Part shown: positions 35,461-47,169 of the stretch, piece by piece
How the letters are laid out: every line of letters begins with the position of its first letter
Position numbering within the stretch: the first letter of the stretch is position 1
Origin: Trichodelitschia bisporula
Taxonomy: Eukaryota
Direction of reading: 5' to 3'
Assembly (NCBI GenBank): GCA_010356995.1
Contig: ML996703.1
Coordinates: 372,001-436,000 of the forward strand
DNA length: 64,000 nt
The notes under the pieces: model-generated
What the model was told of the DNA's origin: nothing
What the model saw: the letters and a program-made list of their open reading frames with translations, nothing else
Database searches by the model: none
Program-made: the position numbers and the translations under genes

Positions 35461-36708
35461 TCACCCCAAAAGACTCTCCTCCTCCTCACTCGTAGCCCGT
35501 TTCTGTCTCCTCTCCCACCACTCCGGCACCCTCATCCCCCAGAACCAAGCCAACCCCACCAGCACACCCACGCCATCATTCCCAAACCCCACCCTCCCCG
35601 CAACAGTAGCAAGCATAACACCCACCTCCGGCCCCTCAACCCTCTTAATTCCCACACTCATAATCTCCACCCCAGCAGCCGCAACAAGCACACCCAACCA
35701 CCCCCCGGGCAGCCCCGCAAACCAATACCTAATCCCACTCCCCCCAAGCACCCCCAGCAGCACCTTCACAAGCCCAAGCACAACTACACTCCCCCCACTC
35801 CGTGCCCCGAACCTAACCTGCCCCGCCAACCCCCCCGCCCCATGACACACAGGCATAACCCCAAACCAACATCCCACAAGATTCATAACCCCAACACTCC
35901 ACCCCAGCCTCTCCGCACTAGCCTCATTGGCCGGATGCTCAGGCAGTAGACTCCGCCCCAGCGCCGCCGCCGCAATCAAGCTATTCACCACCGTAAGCGG
36001 CACCTGCGCCAGCACCGCCGGCCACGCCGCGCGGAAGTCCCCCTCCCGCGGCACGCGCGGGTACAAATCAACTCCCGGACTGAGATACACGCCGTGCCGC
36101 GCCCCCGCAATCGTGAGCCCGAGCACGACTAGGCCCAGCGCGTACGGAACGTGCACGCCCTTGGTCGCGAGCGCCGCACAGGCGAGAAGCCCCACGAAGG
36201 CTAGGATCGTGGAGAGGTAGTTATCGGCCCAGTAGGGATGGATCCAGGACAGCGGGGCAAATTGCCTTGCGGAAGCCTGCAGCAGCGCGATGCCAGCCGC
36301 GACCTGCACGCCGGCAACGACAGACCGGGGCACCGCGCGGTCGGCAAGACGCACTGCGCCCGTAGCTGAGAGCGCCAGGACAATTGCGCCGGCCATGATG
36401 CCCGCGGCGGCCATCTGGCCCTGGGTAGCATGGCTCGCGAGAGCCCAAGCGGCGAGGGCCTTCATAGGTTGGACCGGAAGCGGGAGGGCGAAGACGGCGC
36501 CGGTGAGGATATTAGCGAGGCCGGAGAAGAGGAGGGTTGCCGGGAGGGAGATAGAGTGGGTTAGGCTGAGGGCGAGAGTGAGGGGTAAGAAGGTCCCTAA
36601 GTCACCCATGGCGCCGGAGAGTTCATTCCATGGCTGGGAGCGGAGGGTTCGGTAGTTGTAGGATGTTGTGCGCTTTAGGTGCGCGTTGAGCCGCCTGAGG
36701 TGGGACAT
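35461..36708 (-). CDS. Molybdate transporter, MOT1 family
   Basis: ELSGAMGDLGTFLP, LPLPVQPMK and FGVMPVCHGAGGLAGQVRFGARSG are MOT1 motifs. Likely start is MSHLRRLNAH (ATG 36708). Intronless. Confidence 0.88.
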   Translation of the reverse strand: MSHLRRLNAHLKRTTSYNYRTLRSQPWNELSGAMGDLGTFLPLTLALSLTHSISLPATLLFSGLANILTGAVFALPLPVQPMKALAAWALASHATQGQMAAAGIMAGAIVLALSATGAVRLADRAVPRSVVAGVQVAAGIALLQASARQFAPLSWIHPYWADNYLSTILAFVGLLACAALATKGVHVPYALGLVVLGLTIAGARHGVYLSPGVDLYPRVPREGDFRAAWPAVLAQVPLTVVNSLIAAAALGRSLLPEHPANEASAERLGWSVGVMNLVGCWFGVMPVCHGAGGLAGQVRFGARSGGSVVVLGLVKVLLGVLGGSGIRYWFAGLPGGWLGVLVAAAGVEIMSVGIKRVEGPEVGVMLATVAGRVGFGNDGVGVLVGLAWFWGMRVPEWWERRQKRATSEEEESLLG

Positions 36709-37281
36709 TTGGCTGGAAGTGGTTTGAGATGGCGCTGATGAGGATTTTTCTGGGAGGTGTTGTCGGCCAGCTGCGACGGCCTGTTTTATCGGCGAAGTTG
36801 AACGACGGGTGCCTAGTCTGGCATGGAGATGAGGAACAAAAGTTTCAGGCAGACGGCTGATCAAATTGGTAGGATGCGTTGAAGAATTTGTACTGTATAT
36901 AGGAAAGTTGAGGTCAGATGAGTGGTTGGTGGATCAAGCTTGGCAAAGCATGCATAAGCTCGACGGGGTTGCCTGTTCGGTTCAGGACGACTCACTTATA
37001 AGGATTTGCCCGCATCCTGCTTGCGGGGCTAATCAGACAACATGGTACATGGGAATGCAGTCTCGTTGATGGTTCCCGTACTGTAGCGTCTTTCTCCATT
37101 GCGCGTTCACTGCTCGTTTCCATAAGAGCAAGAATAATCATGGAGCGATCTCTAGCTCTATCGTACATGCTCTAGTCAAAGCCGCTCCTTTTTACCGCCT
37201 CAACTCCACGCGTAAAACCCATAGCACCCAGTACAGTGCTTAAACCCCGTCCGTACGCCGAAAACAATGATCTAAGTCCGT

Positions 37282-39054
37282 CTAGATTTCAAGGTCAATT
37301 TCGAAGTCCATCTCACCAATGACCTCGTCATCTGTAGCAATGCGCGTGAAGGTCGGGATGCCTGTCTTCTTCTCCACCTTGGGCTTCGGCTTGACCGTCT
37401 GCGCAGGCACCGGCGTTCCCACGCGACTCGCATCACTGCCCTCGGAGAAGAGGTCGTCGACGTTGCTCTTCGGCACCGCAAGGGTGTTCTGCTTGGCCGC
37501 CGCTTCCTTGCGTGCCTGCTCTTCAGCCGCCATCTTCTTCGCTCGAGCACGCTGCTTGAATTTCTCCTGAATCAGGGCTTGTCGGACCTCAGTTTCATTC
37601 TGCTTTCGGTTGCGCTCATTGCGTGCATGCAGCCGGTCCTGAATGTCGTCGTGCGAGCGCGCCGGCGGGAGACGAGGCTGCGCCGATGCTGTCATGAGGT
37701 GCTCGAACTTGCGTTGCTCCTGGATTTTCTTTGACAGTTCTTCAGAGGTGAAGCGGTGAGCAATGACCTTATTGATTGCATCGATCCGGGCATTGACATC
37801 GTACTGTCGAACGAACGGAAGATTTTCTTCTTCAAGCATGCTGCGGTAGCGTTCCCATTCGTCCTGAACGGATTAGTTGGATAACGGAAGTAAGCACAAG
37901 CACGAACCTCGTCAAAGCGCTGGTTTGAGCAGTTCGTCATGGGAAGCTGCTTGACGCCCTTGCCAAGCGAGAGCGACAGGTACTTTTCGGTGTAGAAGGC
38001 ATGCGTCCCCTCGCCGAAGAGATACGGTTTGCCGGCGGTGTAGCCTACAGCTGTTAGCGCGCCATATTGCCAGCCAGGAATAGCATACCCTTGATCTTCA
38101 TAATCTTGTATTGGTCCATGCCGGTGCAAACACGAACAAAACAACCCGTAGTCGCGTCATCAAAGTTCGGATAGAAGCAGTACTGGTGAAGAACACGGCG
38201 ATCAACAAAGATGCGCCTCGCGTCCACATAGGTGGCAGGAATGTTTGGGTCACCAAATTTGGGGCTAGGCTCGCGTTGGCGATCGTCCTCGCGCTCCGAG
38301 CTCGAGCTCGGAGACCGCGAACGGCGAGTGGGGTGCCTAGCCGAACGCTTCCTATCCTCATTGTGGGCGTTCTCCCGCTGGCGCGTGTAAGACTCGAGAG
38401 CTTGGTCGCGCTTGTTCTTCGGCCGGACGCTCCGCTGGCTGTCCTCGAGCTCCGCGGCGCTGGCCTTACGCTTCTTGGTGGCGGACTTGTCGCCCTCGCG
38501 GTCTTTGGCCTCCAGAAGGTTACGCAGCGCGAGATCCCGAGTCTTCTTCACTTGTTCTTCGGCACGCTCTGCGAGAAGTGTCTCACGCTCGAGCTGAGAC
38601 ATGGCCATAATTTCTGCCTTGTCCGCGGCGTCGCGAAACTTGCCCTCGAGAGGATACTTGGAGCCCTCATGGATCGAGTTGTCCATATCGGCGCCTGATT
38701 CGGAGCCCGACTCGTCCATGGCGTCTGAGCCGAGTGAGCGAGGAGATGATGCGCGGGACGAGCTGCAGAGCATTGTTAGCGGCGAGAACGTTAAGAGAGC
38801 AGTGGGCATGCTTACGCTTCACCCTCTTCCGCAGAGTCCTCCCGCGTGCGACGCGTAGCGCTGTCCGGTGACTTCTTCGACGGTGCTTGGTGTTCCGGAC
38901 TAGGAGGTGCTGATTCCGCGGTTGGGGGGGCGATTGAAGGCTCGCGGGGGCTGGAGGTGGGGCTGTTGTCGGCGATGGACACGGGCTTCTCCTCAAATTC
39001 GCCGTCAGACTCATCGCCTGCCAAGGCAAGAAGTTCATCGTCGGAGTCTGCCAT
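37282..39054 (-). CDS. RTF1: Paf1 complex subunit Rtf1 (Plus3 domain)
   Basis: MADSDDELLALAGD, YPLEGKFRDAADKAEIMAMSQLERETLLAER, Plus3 region FYPNFDDATTGCFVRV...CSNQRF, and C-terminal IGEMDFEIDLEI*. Three introns near 38768-38815, 38047-38088 and 37865-37907. Confidence 0.9.
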
Positions 39055-39578
39055 GGTTTCCGGTTGATTCTAGCGTCGCCTGCGCGTGTAGCCGGGAGTA
39101 CACAAACTCGGCTTGCTCAGGGGAAGGAGCGGGACACTTGTACGGGTAAAGGTTCTGCTTTGATTTTGCCGTACAGCGGGGAGGGAACTTGAGAAACGCT
39201 TAAGAAATGTTCGCCTTTGAGGCACGTGAGAGAAGATGTGAGGACTTGGGAGTTGAACTGGGGAATGGAAAGGGTGGTGGCAGGAGGAGAGTTGGAAGCT
39301 GAGGAGAGAGTGAGGGAGGGAAAGAGCCGCGTCGACGAGTCGCCTTTCACCGCGGACTGCAGATCATGTGATTTCGAGCGCGCCGAGCGGCTGGAGTCTT
39401 ACCCGTAGCAAGGCGGGACCGGAACAACAATGATACGAGGTGCGTAACCGCGTCCGTTGACTCTGCCGAATTTTCTGTGGCTCAACGTCATTCTCATGGC
39501 CTGACCGACTCCCTTTCAGCTATTTTGCGTCTTCCATGCACCTTTTCGCCTGTTGTATTATTTACTGGGCGGTTGAGG

Positions 39579-40395
39579 ATGCCTCCATCTCATCAATTGG
39601 CTATTCTTAGCCGCCGCTCTTTCCATTCGCACCGTCTAGTGTCAAGCCGTCCAGTTCCGCTTGCGAAATATGATGTGAATTCCCTCCGGAGAGTGAGCTC
39701 AGCTGCCGCCGCTCAACCGCAGTATGCTCAGAATGTCCTAGCAGCTGGTGGGAAGTCTGCCTTGACTCCGAGTCCGTTGAGTGACGAGCAGAAGCGGTTC
39801 CTTGACAGCGCTGTAGGCCTCATGTACCCCGACTCTCCACAGCCCACTGAACATTCGACAGCTCCGCGTCAATCAAGCCGGCGAGCTGGCAGCCGTTCTC
39901 ATCTACTCCGCCCAGACCCCGCCTATCGTCCGGACACATCCCCATCTCCTCCAGCTAATGAAGCACATGTACGACCAGGAAGCAGGACATTACAAGACCT
40001 TCAATGAAATACTTGTTAAGCACCGCGTCCGGCCCACTGTAATGTATCCGCTGTGGAAAGCCGCCGCTACCACTCTTGGCTGGTCGACGGCTGTGATGGG
40101 TCGAGAGGCAGCCATGGCCTGCACCGAGGCAGTGGAGACTGAGATTGGCGACCACTACAACAGCCAAATCCGGGTTCTGCTGGACTGGGCGGCCGATCTG
40201 GAGGCGAAAGGGGAGGATTTCGGCCCGGAGATGAAAGAGCTACTGGCAACTCTCCGTCGGATACGAGACGAGGAATTGGAGCATCTAGACCACGCCGTTA
40301 TGAACGATGCTAAGGAAGCCAAGCCGTACGAGTTGCTAACGAACGTCATTCGGGGTGGTTGTCGCGCAGCTATCTGGATCAGTGAAAGAGTGTAG
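39579..40395 (+). CDS. COQ7: 5-demethoxyubiquinone hydroxylase (mitochondrial di-iron protein)
   Basis: Presequence-like N-terminus, then SA|LRVNQAGELAA, EAAMACTEAVETEIGDHYN, IRDEELEHLD and AAIWISERV*. Intron 39813-39861. Confidence 0.94.
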
Positions 40396-41508
40396 GAATA
40401 TCACCACTTCTTGCTTGTAGATATTGTACAGTAAGTGTGACCGCATCTTCGTCACGGTGGCTGTCTCCGTTCATAATCGATGGAGCCTGACCAAAGAGCA
40501 GATAGACATACGCATAGACTTGGCCATTCGATGTGGCTTCTGTACACAAACATCTTCACTTTTAATTATGATCAGGGACGGCCACTTCTGAGTCATGGCT
40601 TTGCCAAACATTGTTCAACTGCCATTTGCCTTGCCTTTGCTTCCAAACACATGCATCAAACTCGGAAGGTTACACATGGCCACTCCGTTGGCGCCCCTGA
40701 CCCAAAAATGTATTTAAAGCCCCCCGATCAGTGAGCGTAGTTCAATGGCCCTTAGCACGTCATGTCCTGGCCGTCAATGACCCGTGGAAGGAAGCTGGTA
40801 CTATGCGGCCAAGCTTGAAGAAGCCATCTCCTCAGCTAAATATCAAACGTTATCAGGCTCTCTCAACCATACTTTTCTGTCGGCCAATAGATTAACCTCG
40901 GAATTGCTCCAGTCTACAAAGCTGGTGGACTTTTTATATTGCAGCCCAAGTGGTACCCTATGAGTACAGCTGAACTTGAGCTGAAATAGGAGATTGAAAA
41001 CGGCTCGGCAGTATATGTTTGCTCCTTGCCCGCTGTCTTATATATCCTCTACTCATCGCCTCCAACACCAGACAAAAGCCCCTATGGGTCGCTCTTCCAC
41101 CTTCCAAGATCTTCCTGTCGCCGAAACTACTGGCCACTCATGATTCATTTACCTGCTCGCTCCGGAGCTTTGCTTGGCGCTCGCGGGCTCGCCGGTGAGG
41201 GGTACTTAGATCTAGGAATCTTCCTCCCCTTTACTTCTTCTTCTCCAACCCCCAACATCACTCTTACTCTTCGACACGAAAATTCGTGTCACAACAACAC
41301 ACGAAATCGCCGCAATGTCTACCCCTAGGGGTAGCAGCGCCGCCTCCCTGGCCTCGGCTGCAAAATTCTCTCGCAGCGAAACGACGCTGCTACCACTTCG
41401 ACTCTTCCCCGCGGTGTAAAGAAGCGCGCCGCGAAGTCGGGTCCATCGAAGAAGCAGTCGCACGCTCGCATTGGCAAGCTCCTTCGCGCTCTCACCCATG
41501 AAGAATTT

Positions 41509-42331
41509 ATGGTCGGACTCGCCTCCGGGCAGTGGGGGCAGTCTCTCGTCGCGCATCGTTCCTTTCCTGAACCACACATAGATTACATGCCTCTGTCTAG
41601 TGGTCCTAACAAGACCGAATCTGGATTAGCTCCGGAAGTCAAGTTCGACGACAATGACCGACAGAAGAAGATGAAGGAGACGGGGATCAACCCGAAGGAT
41701 CCCTGGGGCGATGAGGAGGAGTTCTCTTCCATGGAGTCGCCCTCGAAGGCCGCATCGAAGGCTCCGAGCAAGGCCAAGGCGAAGAAGCAGGCTGCGCGCC
41801 CCCTAAGCGTCCCCTGCGAAACCTGCAGACAGCGCAAAGTAAAATGCGACCGTGGCCTGCCTGCCTGCGGGTGGTGCACTAAGAAAAGCCAAACGTGCGA
41901 GTACAAGGAGCGCAAGAAGCCCGGGTTACGCGCGGGATATGGGCGTGAGCTGGAGGGAAGGTTGGCTGAGCAGGCGGGGCTGGCAGGGACGTAGCACCTT
42001 TCCTTCTTCCCTCATTTGCGTCACACTACAAAGCACAGTACCCTGCCTAGCGATGCACAACGCTAATTCTCCCGCAGATCAAATCCACGCCACGCTGGCC
42101 ACGATTCCGGAAAACGGTTCCGACGTCAACGAGCAGACTGCGCCTCTGGCCGGCAGCTTGTTGTTGAACCCAACCAAGAAGCGTACGCATAGTAAAATGA
42201 GTCTTTCCGTTCTTCAGCAGAGTCTTGGGCAGAACCAATGCCCCTGCCAAAGCTCGTTAATATCATTTCTTATTTCCAGCGCAGTAGCTGCTTTTCCGAT
42301 GTTTGTCGGAGGAATGGTTCACCGTTTGTAG
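41509..42331 (+). pseudogene. Truncated or defective Zn(II)2Cys6 transcription-factor gene (unspliced ORF 41509-41994)
   Basis: Intact C-x2-C-x6-C-x6-C-x2-C-x6-C cluster (CETCRQRKVKCDRGLPACGWCTKKSQTC) followed by KPGLRAGYGRELEGRL. The ORF stops 9 codons later. There is a non-canonical donor CTGAGC at 41966 and no middle homology domain downstream. It could instead be a functional small protein. Confidence 0.55.
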
Positions 42332-43551
42332 TCTGGTTTATTTGTGGATTGAAGCTAACGGGAAACAGTGACGGATCTCTCCTAGTCCTCGAGCCTACGA
42401 AGTAATTGCGGTTACTCCCCTTGTCCTTTGGCTACTCTTGTGCCCGCGGGAGCTTGCGATCCCGGCTATCTGACCGTAGAATAGAAGTGTTGTCCGCCCG
42501 TGGGACTTGCAGTTAGCAATCTATTCTGATGGTTCACTTGTGGTGCCCGTGACGTTTAACCTGAAATCTTCACCTGCACATAATTGCAATTGATGTAAGC
42601 ATCTTTGTCCTTGAAGGCGTGGGAACCGTGACTGAAACTAGCTCTATCCTAACGCAAGTGACATTTCTGGTCCTCCGTTCATCATCATAGCAGTGAAGTT
42701 AGATGAGAAGGGCCCCTCAGTGTCTCTATATGCCTGGCATCATATCTCGCATCCTCATGTGAAACATCATCAGCGCACTTGGTCAGCCGCCATTCTTCCC
42801 CAAACGCTAAGCGTAGCCGTACAGTTACTGTCTCCGCGCAAGTCCGCAGTCAATCTCCCATCCGCCCGTCACAGGCTGCTTCTTAACCTGGTCACAGGCT
42901 TCCATACCTTGAGGCGAAGCTGATGCAGGTCCCACTTTGTTCATAATATATTTTCCTTTCCCAACACACCATTCATCCCCAGAAATTCATCGGGGGCGTT
43001 CCGATATCGCGACCGCATCACCGGTGCCCACTTTCTGACATATTACAATCCACAATTCCTGGAGAAGTATCCCATAGCGGTTCCCAGTGACTATCTGAGT
43101 GCCCGTAATGTTTATGACGGCAACATATTTGCCTGTCTGCATGGACTCTCAGGTTACTTCGTACGTGTCCAGCTTTTTGTTCTCAGAATTAAGGCAAGGC
43201 TGGCTGTGAGCCTTATTCCTCCTGTAGAGGAACTTTGGGCAGCATGAGGAAAGCGTAGAGCGACCAAAATCCCATCCCACCACTTTTCTGGCAAATTGTA
43301 GTGTCTGAACTCCAAGACTCCATGAATGGCTGCTTCCATCCCTCAGTTGGTCCTTCCTGCCTCCCCCAGGGTCACCGGAAAATGTCGTAGCCGCCCCTTC
43401 TGCAAATATGCCCAGAAATGGTAGCCACGACTTTTCCCAGCTTGCCTGGATCCTTCGTACCTGCCACATCCGGCAAGCGCACAGACAATCCCCACTACAG
43501 CCTACCGGAAAATCCTCCGGCCGACACACGTGCACACACCCTCCCCTGGGG

Positions 43552-43558
43552 TATAAAA
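43552..43558 (+). promoter_or_regulatory. TATA box of the U2 snRNA gene
   Basis: TATAAAA about 45 nt upstream of the U2 5' end, followed by a pyrimidine-rich spacer. Confidence 0.7.
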
Positions 43559-43598
43559 GCCCCCTTCCCCCCCTTCGGAAACCTCTTCTTCTTTTCTT

Positions 43599-43785
43599 CA
43601 GCTCTCTTTGCCTTTGGCTTAGATCAAGTGTAGTATCTGTTCTTTTCAGTTTAATCTCTGAAACGACTCTACGGAGTCACTTCAAGATTAATCTTATTTT
43701 TGATCTCTGCTAGCCGGCCTCTGTGCTTGCGCACGTCGGCTGGCACTGTGTCGCTCCTATTGCACTACTTGGGGCTGACGCGAAC
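43599..43785 (+). ncRNA. U2 spliceosomal snRNA
   Basis: CTCTCTTTGCCTTTGGCTTAGATCAAGTGTAGTATCTGTTCTTTTCAGTTTAATCTCTGAAA matches the conserved U2 5' domain. The branch-site pairing GTAGTA is at 43630-43635, followed by the Sm site ATTTTTG and the stem-loop IV loop ATTGCACTAC. Ends are approximate. Confidence 0.95.
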
Positions 43786-43996
43786 TCTCTTCATATTTTT
43801 TCGTCGTCCGGCTCGGCTTGTCCGGGAGGGGGAAGAAGAAGTTTATTCTTGTGTTCAATGATAGGCCGTTTGTGTAGAAAGCACTTTTGGTACTTTGGCG
43901 ACGCTAGAAGAGGGTAAAGCTCCTGTCAAGTTCGTTGTGTACATCTACTACGTCGTAGACGTCGAACCCGACGACTTCGCCGGCTTTGCCGGCTTC

Positions 43997-44746
43997 TCAA
44001 TAGAAAGGGATCCATCCCTTGTCCTCCAAAACATTCTTTGCCAACCAGTCCAACCACTGTTCCTGCGTCCAGCTACTCGAGATGGAATCCTCAATGACCC
44101 CATTCACCACCACTGTCGGACTAACATGGATACCCATCTGCCGTCCCCTCTTAACCCAAACCTTAATCTCGTTTGTCATAAAATTCCCTTCATTCCCATG
44201 AGTCCCGGTGAGGGTCAATGCATTCCACACAGGATTCCAACCAACACCGAACTCTTTAGTCGCCATTTCTACCAGCCGTCGGTACGTCGCCTCCCGGGGC
44301 TCGACCGCCGTCGGTTCGTCGAAGTACTCCTCCTGTACTTCAAAGAGTTTTGCGCTGAACTCCCAGAACTTCCCCGGCATGGCGTGTGAGAATGCGAGTG
44401 CGGCTTCGTGCACGAGGAGTGAGGACGGGTGCCATGGTTGGATTTGGGGCCGGAAGAGGATTTGGAGTTTGTCCGCGTAAGGGGGGGATCGGAGTTTGGG
44501 GAGGAGGGGGTAGAGCGTTTGGAACATCTTCTTTGAGAAGGGGCACACATAGTCAAGGTCTACGTGGGGGTTAGAGGGATAGGTTCAAGGGATGAGTTAA
44601 GGAGATGGGTTAGGGAGATGGGTTAGAGGGAGGGGTTAGAGATATGTGCTCAGGCCGGGGATGGACGTACAGAGTTCGATTGTGTGCACCGTGGGCACTG
44701 ATGGAGCGGCGGACTTCAGGGCATAGTAGTCTGGGGGAAGGGCCAT
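43997..44746 (-). CDS. Thioredoxin-fold DsbA-like protein with a CPFS (CxxS) motif
   Basis: MALPP...HTIELY|LDYVCPFSKKM, FRPQIQPWHPSS and GIHVSPTVVVNG (cis-Pro loop). Intron 44560-44670. Confidence 0.85.
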
Positions 44747-45108
44747 TGTAATGGGTGTTGTGTTGGACTTTGAGAGTGGACGATACTGATACTGTAGCGC
44801 GGGGTCAACTGGTGTTTATGGGAGGTTGTATTCAGGGCGGGGTAGGCGTTGATACACCACAGTGCTTATGCAACGCGGGGCATGCAATGACGTGAGCTGA
44901 GCGGGGGGACTTCAGTTGAGCCGGGGACTTCAGCTGGCGATGTCGGAGCAGATAAGGGCAAAAGCGAAGCTGACCATGACCAACATCACCACCAGTACAA
45001 AGCCATCAAGAGTTCAACCCATGCATTTTACCAACAAGCTACAGTTACAAAGCACACAACGCCCGCAAAGACCACATCAAACCCCAAGGCTGCATATATA
45101 TAGCACGC

Positions 45109-47169
45109 CTACCACTTCAGCGTAATCTCCTGGCCCTTAACCCGCCCAATCACCACCTCAGGCGCATACTTAGGAATAACCTCATCATCATGCAACATCT
45201 CAAACTCCTCACTCGCATCCCGGCCCATATGGCTGTAGAGTGCCTGCGGGCCACCGGGATGCTCATCCACCCAGTTCGTGAGGTCGAGCACCACGCCCTT
45301 GACCGCGATCCATAGATCCTCCTTCTTGTTGTGCTTCGCCACCTCTTCGAGACTGTACTCCTTCTCCGGAATGGTAAACGCCTTCGGCGCGCTGCTGCTG
45401 CTGCTCGGCGCCGGGTCCGAAGAGCTGGCCGTGGCAGCCGGGGCCGAGGCCTGGGACCCGCTGACGCCGCTGCCCCACTCGACGGACACCTTGCCCGGCG
45501 TCGCGGGGTCGATGTGCAGGCTGATCTGGCCAAGGCGCTGGGCGGCGGCGCCGCCACCAGACAGCAGCTTCTGGAACTGGTACTTGGCGGCAGACTCACC
45601 GGCGACGCGGCCGTAGACGACACAGCCGAGGAGGGAGGAGCCGCCGAGGCGGTTAGCGCCGTGAACACCACCAGCCAGCTCACCGCAGACGAACAGGCCC
45701 TCGAAGGGCTTGCCCTCGGAGTTGAGCACCTGGGCCTTGTCGTTGATTTCGATGCCGCCCATGGTGAAGTGCAGCACTGGCTCCATGAGGGCGACGTGGA
45801 AGGTGTCGTCGATATCGAGGGGCAGGTTGTGGAAGAAGCGCTTGTTCCACTCGTCCTTCTTCTCGCCCTTGGCGATGGCGTTGTAGCTCTGGAACTCGGC
45901 TTGCAGGTCGGCGGCCGGGATGCCGATTTCGCGCGCCAGCTCCTCGCCCGTCATCTTGCGCATCAGACCGCGCCCGCTGTAGTGCCGCGTGTGGAAGTCC
46001 AGGACGTTGGACGCCTTGCTGTTGAGCACCAACCGGATGGGCCACAGGCCCTTGTCCTTCTCCTTGAACATCATGTTCGACACGTAGTCGCGGTGGCCGA
46101 GGTCGTCGCAGAAGCGCTTGCCCTTGCTGTTCAGGAGGATACCGCCCTCGCCGCGGAGAGCTAGAGTTATTAGCTTTGGATCTCGGGATGCAGAAAAGGT
46201 AACGTACCCTCAGCAGCCAGGAACTTCCACTTGGAGCCGGGGTCCTTGGGGTCAATCAGACCCGTAGGGTGGACCTGGACCTTGTCCATATCGATGCCGT
46301 TGGCACCAATGGCCATGAGCATCTTCTGCCCGTCACCGGTGGCATGCTGGCCGTTGGTGGTGGCAAGATCGAAGATCTCGGGCCGGTGCTTCTTCAGCAG
46401 CGAGTCGGAGGTGAAGTCAGCGGCGTAGCCACCGGTGGCCAGCACCACGGGCCCGTCAACCGACACCGTCTTGCCCTCATGCTCGTACGTCACACCAGTC
46501 GCCAGGTTGCCCGTCTTGTTGACGCCCGTAACCTTGGCCTTCTTGATCAGCTGCACACGCTCGGGCTCGCTCTCAGCGAGCTCCTCGAAGCGCTGCATCA
46601 GCGCGTAGGTGATGGCCATGCCAGGGAACTTGGCGTCGTGACCACGGTGAGTGCGGGGCTGGGAGTGGCCACTGCGGGGGTCGGTCAGCACCACCTCGAA
46701 ACAATCAGACAGGGAAAACAACTCACCCCAGCCGCGAAACCAGAGTCAGATCCAGGTTGAACACATCCTGCAGCCACTCAACAGCAGCCGCCGACTTGTA
46801 GGTCAGGACCTTGATAAGGTCGGGCCGCGCCTTGTCACGGGCGCTCTTCAGGGTGTCGTCGTAGAACTGCTTGACGCTGTCGGCGATGCCGAGGTCCACC
46901 TGCGTGCGCGTCAAGGCACCATTGATGCCGGACGTGGCCTTGGTGGAGTTGCCGCCCATGAAGTCTGCGCATGTCAGCGTGCCCCAGTGCGACTTGTGCG
47001 CGGCTACGTACTGTTCTTGTCCAGCAGCAGGACATTGCCGCCGCTGAGGTAGATGGTGTGAGCGGCGCTGAGGCCGGACACTGCGCTTTGTTAGCTACTG
47101 AAGTGAAGAAGTGGCGGAATGCGGGGACGACATACGGCCAGCACCGACGACGATGACCCTCTCAGGCAT
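45109..47169 (-). CDS. Soluble FAD-dependent fumarate reductase (Osm1/Frd1-like) fused to a C-terminal cytochrome b5 domain
   Basis: VIVVGAGLSG, GGNSTKATSGING, VQVHPTG, LHFTMGG and GGVHGANRLGGSSL, then the b5 motif EVAKHN...EHPGG. Four introns. No N-terminal targeting peptide is visible. Confidence 0.92.

Noticed and set aside
44566..44640. Interstitial telomere or telomerase-RNA template
   Set aside because: There is no tandem TTAGGG array. The GGTTAG units are reverse-complement CTAAC branch motifs inside an intron, and I found no TAACCCTAA template in the intergenic DNA.
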